Shown one piece after another: positions 9,053 through 16,331 of a stretch of 50,168 nt of DNA. Location: NCBI GenBank assembly GCA_046498285.1, contig JAWOBA010000210.1, positions 1 to 50,168 of the forward strand. Direction: 5' to 3'. Under the pieces are notes generated by a model. That model saw nothing but the letters and a program-made list of their open reading frames with translations. It searched no databases and was not told the origin of the DNA. Source of the DNA: Desulfatiglandales bacterium. GTDB taxonomy: Bacteria > Desulfobacterota > DSM-4660 > Desulfatiglandales > B25-G16. A program made the translations under genes and the position numbers. How positions within the stretch are numbered: position 1 is the first letter of the stretch; every line of letters starts with the position of its first letter.

Positions 9053-9817
9053 GTGCTTTTAGAAATAAAAAAAATACTCTATATACCTTGCTTTCAAAAT
9101 CCCACCTATGATTTGCTCGAAGGCTTATTGGATATTAAGAAAATCGGACTCCAGGAAATTATCATTTTCTCCGAGAGCATTCCAAAGGTATTGGAGGAAA
9201 AGTTCTCTGATTATGGAATAAGTCTGAAAAAAGATGAGGGATCAGGTCCGCTTCCTGCCAGGATCTTCAATTCAGCCAGAGAAGAGAATGCATCATTTAT
9301 TGTTGCCCATCTCAATAGAGAAAAGAAGCAAACATTCAAAGGCTCTATGGCCAGAAATCTGATAAAAAATACTCACCTTCCCCTCCTGCTCATTAATGAA
9401 AATGATGGGGGGGAAAGTTTTTCCACAAAAGGCTTGTTTGATAATGTAATTCTTGCTATCAATTGGTCTGATTCAACTCAAAGGGCATTGCTGTATCTTA
9501 TAGGAGTGAAGGTACTCGTAGGACTGGTAGACACAGTATATGTGTTGAGTGAAAAACCGACTGTTAAAGATATCAGACAACTGAGGGATAGACTTGAAGA
9601 GATTAGAAAGATATGTTTAGAGGAAAAGCTTGATACTGAATCGCATATTTATGTTGGCAAAACCCCGGAAGAGATTTTATTGGCGGCGAAAGACTATAAT
9701 GCCAGCCTTATTGCAATGGGCTATAGCTCAAAAAGCTTCTTTAAAAAAATGGGCTCAGGGAGTCCCTGCTATCGAGTAGTAGAGCAGTCTCCTGTGCCTG
9801 TTTTGATTATTCCTTAA
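9053..9817 (+). CDS. Divergent tandem USP-like protein
   Basis: GTG start 3 nt after the preceding stop. LEIKKILYIPCF aligns with MEIKKMLFVTDF of the paralogs. Each of the two halves ends in LPLLLIN or VPVLIIP. The nucleotide-binding glycine motif is degenerate. Confidence 0.7.
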   Translation: MLLEIKKILYIPCFQNPTYDLLEGLLDIKKIGLQEIIIFSESIPKVLEEKFSDYGISLKKDEGSGPLPARIFNSAREENASFIVAHLNREKKQTFKGSMARNLIKNTHLPLLLINENDGGESFSTKGLFDNVILAINWSDSTQRALLYLIGVKVLVGLVDTVYVLSEKPTVKDIRQLRDRLEEIRKICLEEKLDTESHIYVGKTPEEILLAAKDYNASLIAMGYSSKSFFKKMGSGSPCYRVVEQSPVPVLIIP

Positions 9818-9894
9818 ATTTCTTGTTTACTAATTTCCTTTTGAAAGCAGATTAGTAAGATTTTTTGAATATACAGAACTGATAAAATAATTAC

Positions 9895-10117
9895 GAGACC
9901 TTTGAAAAACCCGGCGATTTTCACCATCACCAAAAAGACGATGGACTTTTTTGAAGTGACTGGTGGCTTCCGGCTCGTAGAGCCTCCCGCTCGGAGAGAA
10001 GGGTGCTGAAAAGACCAACCCGAGAGCCTCGGCCTCCGGCCCGGAGGGCCTACGCCCCGGAGGGAACTGAAAAAAAGCCCATTGTCTTTAGATCAATAGG
10101 GGTTATGCAAAGGTCTC
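9895..10117 (+). repeat. GAGACCTTTG-TIR hairpin repeat (MITE-like), copy A: 159-nt core plus two 32-nt inserts
   Basis: Starts GAGACCTTTGAAAAACCCGGCGATTTTCACCATC and ends GGGGTTATGCAAAGGTCTC (10-nt perfect terminal inverted repeat). The internal AAAAAGACGATGGACTTTTTT is complementary to AAAAAAGCCCATTGTCTTT. Inserts at 9967-9998 and 10033-10064 relative to copy C. Confidence 0.85.
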
Positions 10118-10172
10118 ACTTACCTGCGGGTATCTGTGACAATCTGCGTTCTATGTTGGAAAAGGATTAGAT

Positions 10173-10907
10173 ATGGAAGTTACCGTATTGGTGCAGGCCG
10201 TTTACAAGGCCTTTGAGATTTTGGAGAAGGGTGATAATAGTGCAAAGGCCCGAGAAGAGGCCAAGGCATTATTATACACTTCTGCAAAGTTTACCAGTGA
10301 AACAAAATCTCTCACAGAGAAACAAGAAGCCAGGGCTCTTCTCCTGTCTGCTAAGAAATCACGTTTAGCGCTGCGGAATTTTATTCTCACCTTCTTTATT
10401 TTATTTGCCTTCTGGATTTTGCTCTCAGGCCGTTTTGACTATTTTCATCTTACCCTTGGCGGTATCTGTTCTGTGCTTGTTGCATACCTATGCCATGATC
10501 TCTTATTTTTTAATATAAGGCTTGGAGACTTTAGGACAAGGGCCAAGAGATTTTTTTTCGCCGGCCCATGGTTCTTGGGCCAGATCTTTTCTGCAAACCT
10601 GCATGTGGCCTATCTGTCCCTATCCCCCAAGATGCCGATAGATCCTCAGATAATACGGTTTAAGACAAAACTAGAGAGTGACGTCTCATGGGTTGCTTTA
10701 GCCAACTCCATTACCCTCACTCCAGGCACCATTACCATAGATATAAGGGAAGGGGAGTTTTTTGTGCATGCCCTGGATAAAAAGGTTGCCTATGATCTCA
10801 ATACCGGAGAAATGGAAGATAAGATTGCCCACGTCATTATGGAGGCAGATCACGTATATATTCAGGATGTTTTAGATGTGGCGAGTATATTTGGGGCACT
10901 CAAATGA
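10173..10907 (+). CDS. mrpE: Mrp antiporter subunit E (MnhE family) with ~65-aa N-terminal extension
   Basis: The core FILTFFILFAFWILLSG...ANSITLTPGTITIDI...FFVHALD matches the MnhE pattern. ATG 10173 has RBS AAGGA. The first ~65 aa are hydrophilic and helical-looking (EEAKALLYTSAKF...). Confidence 0.85.
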   Translation: MEVTVLVQAVYKAFEILEKGDNSAKAREEAKALLYTSAKFTSETKSLTEKQEARALLLSAKKSRLALRNFILTFFILFAFWILLSGRFDYFHLTLGGICSVLVAYLCHDLLFFNIRLGDFRTRAKRFFFAGPWFLGQIFSANLHVAYLSLSPKMPIDPQIIRFKTKLESDVSWVALANSITLTPGTITIDIREGEFFVHALDKKVAYDLNTGEMEDKIAHVIMEADHVYIQDVLDVASIFGALK

Positions 10908-11380
10908 TCAGTATCTCAGATGATATTATTATAAGAACAGTATCAAGGATATTTGTGCCATTTATTCAGATTTACGCACTCTATGTTATTATGCACGGTC
11001 ATCACAGCCCAGGAGGAGGCTTTCAGGGGGGTGTTATCTTGGGCGCCAGTTTTATTCTATATCTTATAACACATGGCCTTGAAGATGCAAAAGAAAGGAT
11101 GTCTGAGCTCAAAGCAGCCCTCTTTAGCTCTTTTGGTGTATTAATCTATTCAGGAATCGGATTGTTGTGTCTCATTAAGGGAAGTAATTATTTGGATTAT
11201 GGAAGCCTGGCTACCCTCTTAAATGTAATACCTTCTCAGGCACGCTCTCTTGGTATTCTCGGGGTTGAAATCGGGGTTGGAATTGCTGTAATGGCAGTCA
11301 TGTTTTCCATCTTTTTTGACATATCCACAGGAGGAATTCTTCCTGAGGATGAGGAAGGTTTAGGGGAAAAAGATGAGTAA
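10904..11380 (+). CDS. mrpB: Mrp antiporter subunit B (MnhB domain)
   Basis: Hallmark HGHHSPGGGFQGGVILG (compare GHNAPGGGFVGG of Bacillus MrpB). ATGA overlap with mrpE. Confidence 0.85.
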   Translation: MISISDDIIIRTVSRIFVPFIQIYALYVIMHGHHSPGGGFQGGVILGASFILYLITHGLEDAKERMSELKAALFSSFGVLIYSGIGLLCLIKGSNYLDYGSLATLLNVIPSQARSLGILGVEIGVGIAVMAVMFSIFFDISTGGILPEDEEGLGEKDE

Positions 11381-11639
11381 CTTTTTATTATGTCTTGGAA
11401 TAGGTCTATTTACCCTTGTATTTCTATGTCTATATAGAGGTATATTTGGACCAGGGGTACTCAACAGGATTGCAGCAATCTCTGCGATTGGTACCAAGAC
11501 CCTGGTTATTCTTTTAATTACGGGCTTTATCTACAATAGAGTAGATATGTTTATAGATATCAGCATGGTCTATGCCCTGCTTAATTTTATTGGCACAATC
11601 ACCGCAGCCAAATACCTGGAGATAGGGGGGGAAGTCTAA
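11373..11639 (+). CDS. mrpF: Mrp antiporter subunit F
   Basis: 88 aa. LYRGIFGPGVLNRIAAISAIGTK...DISMVYALLNFIGTITAAKYL fits the MrpF/PhaF pattern. 8-nt overlap with the upstream gene. Confidence 0.85.
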   Translation: MSNFLLCLGIGLFTLVFLCLYRGIFGPGVLNRIAAISAIGTKTLVILLITGFIYNRVDMFIDISMVYALLNFIGTITAAKYLEIGGEV

Positions 11640-11956
11640 TGGATCTCTCCCATATAGTTGCTATTCCGTTTTTTCTTGCAGGGTTCTTTTTCTTTTTAGC
11701 GGCAACAGTTGGGCTTTTACGCTTTCCCGATTTTTACTGCCGCCTTCATGCCACAGGAAAAGGTGATACCCTTGCAGTTCTTTTATCTCTTATTGGCCTC
11801 AGCATCTATGAGGGATTTTCCATTACAAGCTTGAAGATAATCTTTATCGCGGTATTTATGTTCCTTGCCCAGCCTACCTCTACCCATGCCATTTCCAGGG
11901 CTGCCATGAGATGCGGTCTGAAGCCATGGGTTAAAAACAAGGAGAAGATAAAATGA
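11639..11956 (+). CDS. mrpG: Mrp antiporter subunit G
   Basis: GLLRFPDFYCRLHATGKGDTLA and AQPTSTHAISRAA are MnhG/PhaG hallmarks. TAATG overlap with mrpF. Confidence 0.9.
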   Translation: MDLSHIVAIPFFLAGFFFFLAATVGLLRFPDFYCRLHATGKGDTLAVLLSLIGLSIYEGFSITSLKIIFIAVFMFLAQPTSTHAISRAAMRCGLKPWVKNKEKIK

Positions 11957-12198
11957 TAGTAGCCTTTGATTTCATACTCCTGCTTTTTGTTATCATATGT
12001 GCTATAGCTGCAATTTCAGTTAAAGATCTTTTAAGCGCTGTATATATACTTGGTGCATATAGTTTTTTTATGTGTCTTTTATGGACAGAGATGGGTGCTG
12101 TGGATGTTGCCTTTACTGAGGCATCTGTGAGTGCAGGTGTAGGGACAGTATTATTTATTGCAGCAGTAAGTAAAACGAAAAGGAGGAGTAAAGATTGA
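11953..12198 (+). CDS. MbhD-like / DUF4040 protein (equivalent to part of the MrpA C-terminal domain)
   Basis: 81 aa. AVYILGAYSFFMCLLWTEMGAVDVAFTEASVSAGVG matches the DUF4040 motif (..APDVALTEAAVG..). ATGA overlap with mrpG. Confidence 0.8.
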   Translation: MIVAFDFILLLFVIICAIAAISVKDLLSAVYILGAYSFFMCLLWTEMGAVDVAFTEASVSAGVGTVLFIAAVSKTKRRSKD

Positions 12199-12476
12199 GG
12201 TTATTAGCGCTTATTACTGTAATTGTTACAGGGATAATACTTATTTATGGTACCGTAGACATGCCTGACTGGGGTGATCCAAATTCCCCTGCAAGTAAAC
12301 ATGTTTCTCCTGAGTATATTGAACAGGCATTTGAAAAGACAGCTACGCCAAATATAGTTACCGCAGTTCTTGCAGACTACAGGGGCTATGACACCCTTGG
12401 AGAGACTACGGTAATCTTTACTGCTGGAATTTCCTGTATTTTAATACTGAGAAAAAGAAGAAAAAAGAGAACATAA
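12195..12476 (+). CDS. MbhE-like protein (equivalent to the last MrpA C-terminal segment)
   Basis: TTG start overlapping the previous TGA (TTGA). NIVTAVLADYRGYDTLGETTVIFTAG is the DFRG.DT..E motif of the MrpA C-terminus and MbhE. Confidence 0.75.
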   Translation: MRLLALITVIVTGIILIYGTVDMPDWGDPNSPASKHVSPEYIEQAFEKTATPNIVTAVLADYRGYDTLGETTVIFTAGISCILILRKRRKKRT

Positions 12477-12618
12477 GAAAATTGCATTAGTCATTTGTCA
12501 GCTGGATTGTAAGTGTTTACGACTTGTTATGATTTCATCGCCTAAGGGTACGATAGCAAGGACAAACGAAATTAGGGATTTAGAAATTGAAAAACAACAC
12601 ATTCAACAAATATGAATC

Positions 12619-12999
12619 ATGTTCGACTTTATAGTGAGTAAATACAATTATTGGTTTTATATTATCCTGATGATGATAGGTTTTTATGCCATGATAGGCA
12701 AAAGAAACCTGGTCAAAAAGATTATAGGGATGAACCTGTTTCAGACTGCGATTATCCTTTTTTTTATATCCACCGCTGCAAAGAGGGGAGGAACATTACC
12801 TATTATTGAGCATGGACATGGTCATGGAGGCGATGCTATTCAAGCTGCAGCGTACATAAATCCTTTACCGCATGTGCTTATGCTTACTGCTATAGTGGTC
12901 ATGGTCAGTACTTTAGGAGTTGCCCTGGCAATAGTAATAGCTATTTACAGGAGGCATAATACATTAGAAGAAGATGAGATTTTATGGCAACAGAAATGA
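12619..12999 (+). CDS. mrpC: Mrp antiporter subunit C (NuoK-like)
   Basis: 126 aa. GMNLFQTAIILFFI, INPLPHVLMLTAIVV and YRRHNTLEEDE fit the MnhC/NuoK-like pattern. Contains a His-Gly loop EHGHGHGG. Confidence 0.85.
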   Translation: MFDFIVSKYNYWFYIILMMIGFYAMIGKRNLVKKIIGMNLFQTAIILFFISTAAKRGGTLPIIEHGHGHGGDAIQAAAYINPLPHVLMLTAIVVMVSTLGVALAIVIAIYRRHNTLEEDEILWQQK

Positions 13000-14486
13000 T
13001 TTCCCAGTCTCCTATTTTGGTGGTTGTTATCCCCCTGATCTTCGCATTTCTTACCCTTCTCTTTGGTTGGTTTAGACGTGATATCTGTTATCCAATTACG
13101 GTAGTGGCTCTCTTTCTTTCCTTCCTTGCATCGCTTCAGACATTACATATTGTTATTACCACGGGAACAATCCACTACTATCTTGGGAGCTGGAAGCCTC
13201 CTTGGGGCATAGAATATGCGGTTGATCATCTCAATGCCTTTGTTCTGGTCATCGTATCATTTGTTTCCCTTATGGTGGCTATATATTCGAAGAGAAGTGT
13301 AGAGCAGGAATTACCAGAAAAGATTGTCTTTTTTTATTGTATTTTTCTCCTCCAGGTCACAGGTTTTTTAGGGATCGTGATAACCGGTGATATGTTTAAT
13401 CTCTATGTATTCTTAGAGATTGCATCCCTTGCAGGATATGCCCTGATAGCCATAGGAGAAGATGGTGCACCCTTTGCCAGCTTTAATTATGTGATCTTTG
13501 GTACTATTGGTGCATGCTTTTACCTGCTTGGCGTGGGCTACCTTTATATAGTTACCGGGTCACTTAATATAGCAGACCTGTCTCAGATATTACCCAACCT
13601 CTATAATTCTAAGGTGGTGTTGGTTGCCTTTGCCTTTTTTTTGGTGGGCGTGAGCCTAAAGATGGCACTTTTCCCTTTACATGTATGGCTTCCGGATGCC
13701 TATACCTATGCTCCATCAACAGTAAGTGCCCTTCTTGCCCCCCTGATGACCAAAGTAGGGGCATACGTAATGATACGGGTAATGTTTACGGTATTTGAGC
13801 CATATTTTTCTATAGAATTGATTCCCGTGACCACCATTCTCGGGTGGATGGCTGCAGGAGCCATACTTTATGGTGCGATATTAGCCTTGGCACAGATTGA
13901 CCTAAAAAGGATGCTAACATATATATTGGTAAGTGAAGTTGGATACATTACATTAGGTGTGGGCCTTGCAAACAGGAATGGACTTACAGGGGCTATCCTC
14001 CATATCCTCAATGATGCCTTTATGATGCTTGCCCTTTTTTTGGTTGTGGGTGCCATTATGTATCGGTCTGGTAAAAGAGAAATTCCTCAACTAAGGTATC
14101 TTCATAGAAAGATGCCATTTACTATGGCCATTTTTGTCATAGCGGCGCTTTCCGTGATAGGGATTCCACCGACGTGCGGTTTTTTTAGCAAATGGTATCT
14201 TATCCTTGGTGCCATTGATGCAAATAAGTGGATTTTTGTGGCGGTGTTGCTGGTTAGCAGCCTGTTGAATGTTGTACTCTTTTTCAGATGTATAGAGAAC
14301 GCGTACCTTGAGCCAATGGCTGAACATTCCAGTGTAGGATCAGAATTGGCTATCACACGTGATGAGTCTCCTTTAAGCATGCTTATACCATTATTTATTG
14401 CAGGAGCAGGAATACTATTATTTGGTGTACTGAGTGGAAAGATTATCTCTACGATAATTCAATTTGCTCTTCCTGCGGGTATTTAG
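12984..14486 (+). CDS. mrpD: Mrp antiporter subunit D (NuoM/N-class antiporter-like subunit)
   Basis: Proton_antipo_M hallmarks: FLEIASL, LFPLHVWLPDAY, TKVGAY, GFFSKWYL. The alternative start ATG 12996 forms an ATGA overlap with the mrpC stop and may be the true start. Confidence 0.9.
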   Translation: MATEMISQSPILVVVIPLIFAFLTLLFGWFRRDICYPITVVALFLSFLASLQTLHIVITTGTIHYYLGSWKPPWGIEYAVDHLNAFVLVIVSFVSLMVAIYSKRSVEQELPEKIVFFYCIFLLQVTGFLGIVITGDMFNLYVFLEIASLAGYALIAIGEDGAPFASFNYVIFGTIGACFYLLGVGYLYIVTGSLNIADLSQILPNLYNSKVVLVAFAFFLVGVSLKMALFPLHVWLPDAYTYAPSTVSALLAPLMTKVGAYVMIRVMFTVFEPYFSIELIPVTTILGWMAAGAILYGAILALAQIDLKRMLTYILVSEVGYITLGVGLANRNGLTGAILHILNDAFMMLALFLVVGAIMYRSGKREIPQLRYLHRKMPFTMAIFVIAALSVIGIPPTCGFFSKWYLILGAIDANKWIFVAVLLVSSLLNVVLFFRCIENAYLEPMAEHSSVGSELAITRDESPLSMLIPLFIAGAGILLFGVLSGKIISTIIQFALPAGI

Positions 14487-14624
14487 AGATTCAGTTGAGG
14501 ATTATACAATGTATTGGAAAGACTACCATTTTTCTCGCTCTTTATTTTTGTTCCTAACAGTATTCAATTGTTTTATCCTTCTCCCGCAATACTGCTGGAG
14601 GAAGCAAAGCGGATCTATGTTCTA

Positions 14625-16118
14625 ATGGACTCGATAGTTTCTATAAAGCCATTATTGGCTGTTCTGGTAACATTAATAGGTTCCCTGTTTATCATTTTTA
14701 CAGGTGAAAGAAACAGAAATTTACGCGAATTCTGGACTATTCTTGCCTCTATAATTAAGTTTTCTATTGTTCTTTCCATGGTTCCCTTTATTTTAGATGG
14801 AAAGGTATTAGAGTTTACCATTATATTACTTGCACCTGGGGTCTCACTGCAGTTCAGGGTGGACCAGTTTGGTATGTTTTTTGGTGTTCTGGCGTCTGGT
14901 TTATGGATTGTAACCTCCGTCTATTCCATAGGATATGTCAGGGGATTGAAAGAACATGCTCAAACACGGTATTTTTTTAACTTCGCCCTCTGTCTTTCAG
15001 CAACCATGGGTATCGCCTTTGCAGGCAATCTCCTAACCCTTTTTATATTCTATGAAATGCTCACAGTAGCTACCTATCCATTGGTGGCCCATAAAGAAAC
15101 CGAGGCTGCCATCATGGGTGGGAGGAAATACCTTGCCTACACACTTATAGCAGGTGTAGTGATCCTATTTGCCATAGTCTTTATCTATACCCTTACAGGA
15201 AGCCTTGACTTCAAACCCGGTGGCTTTCTTTCAGGTCACGGTTCTCCCGTCACACTTATATTCCTGTTTGTTATGCTTATATTAGGTTTTGGTGTCAAGG
15301 CTGCTATCATGCCTATGCATGAATGGTTGCCTACTGCGATGGTAGCCCCAACTCCTGTAAGCGCCCTCCTCCATGCTGTAGCAGTAGTCAAGGCAGGTGT
15401 TTTTGGCTGTTTGCGGATTATTCTTTATGTTTTCGGTCCGACACTTCTCCATGAACTTGATCTGTGGCTTATATTGGCATATTTTGCTGCATTCACTGTG
15501 ATTGTTTCTGGCCTCTATGCACTTGCCCAGGATAATCTTAAAAGAAGACTTGCCTTTTCTACCATAAATAACTTATCCATCATCGTTATGGGCGCTGCAC
15601 TGCTCACCCCAAGCGCTATAACCGGGAGCATATTTCATATTGGAAGCCATGGTTTTATGAAGATTACCCTATTTTTTGTTGCCGGGGCCATCTATGTGAA
15701 AACTCATAAAGAAAATATCAGTGAACTCGATGGACTTGGCAGGCAGATGCCGTTAACCTTTGGGGCATTTGCCATCTGTGCGATGGGTGTGGCAGGAACC
15801 CCACCAGTGTGCGGATTTATTAGTAAATGGTATTTAGCATTGGGTTGCCTTGAGGCTAAGCAGGTTGTATTTCTTTTTGTTTTGCTCATAAGCGCCCTTT
15901 TGGATATAGCCTACTTTTTTCCAATAATCTATAACGCATTCTTTAAAATACCTGAAGAAGACACCAACCCACATTTTGATGAGGCCCCAATGATGATGCT
16001 AATTCCCCTGATGATAACAGCGATTATTTCACTTATATTGGGAATATTTCCCAATGCCTTTTTTAATTTCTTTAACATAGCTTCTCTGGCCGCTGAGAAG
16101 ATATTAGGAGGGATGTAG
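14625..16118 (+). CDS. Second MrpD-like antiporter subunit
   Basis: The ORF opens at TTG 14514, but the first ATG (14625, MDSIVSIKPLLAVLV) gives a typical N-terminus. Hallmarks: FYEMLTV, MPMHEWLPTAM, VVKAGVFG, HGFMKITLFFVAGA, GFISKWYL. Confidence 0.85.
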   Translation: MDSIVSIKPLLAVLVTLIGSLFIIFTGERNRNLREFWTILASIIKFSIVLSMVPFILDGKVLEFTIILLAPGVSLQFRVDQFGMFFGVLASGLWIVTSVYSIGYVRGLKEHAQTRYFFNFALCLSATMGIAFAGNLLTLFIFYEMLTVATYPLVAHKETEAAIMGGRKYLAYTLIAGVVILFAIVFIYTLTGSLDFKPGGFLSGHGSPVTLIFLFVMLILGFGVKAAIMPMHEWLPTAMVAPTPVSALLHAVAVVKAGVFGCLRIILYVFGPTLLHELDLWLILAYFAAFTVIVSGLYALAQDNLKRRLAFSTINNLSIIVMGAALLTPSAITGSIFHIGSHGFMKITLFFVAGAIYVKTHKENISELDGLGRQMPLTFGAFAICAMGVAGTPPVCGFISKWYLALGCLEAKQVVFLFVLLISALLDIAYFFPIIYNAFFKIPEEDTNPHFDEAPMMMLIPLMITAIISLILGIFPNAFFNFFNIASLAAEKILGGM

Positions 16119-16331
16119 ATGGTAAGGAAATTAAAATATCTATTTTTTATTAGCTGTGGCGTGAGTATGTTGCTTGGACTATTTATACCACATGACCATG
16201 TCCATTTTTGGTGGGAAAAGATCCCTATCTTTGATGCACTATTTGGATTTTTTGGCTGCATTCTGATTGTACTGGGCTCAAAGGCATTAGGCCATCACGG
16301 GATCCAGAAAGATGAGGATTACTATGATTGA
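16119..16331 (+). CDS. Small (70 aa) two-TM protein, unassigned family, partner of the downstream NuoL-class subunit
   Basis: ATG directly follows the previous stop, with RBS GGAGGGA. Two hydrophobic helices. Paralog of 18478-18687 (shared FI.HDHV.F.W.KIP...A.FG and C-terminal K.ED.YD). Its stop overlaps the next start (ATGATTGA). Confidence 0.7.
   Translation: MVRKLKYLFFISCGVSMLLGLFIPHDHVHFWWEKIPIFDALFGFFGCILIVLGSKALGHHGIQKDEDYYD

Noticed and set aside
9830-10018. 62-aa minus-strand ORF (and the similar 49377-49577 ORF)
   Set aside because: It is a translation of repeat copies A and E. The frames are not preserved in copies C and D.
14514-14624. TTG-initiated 37-aa extension of the second mrpD-like gene
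   Set aside because: It is not supported by a start context. The first ATG (14625) yields a typical antiporter N-terminus. It is kept only as an alternative.
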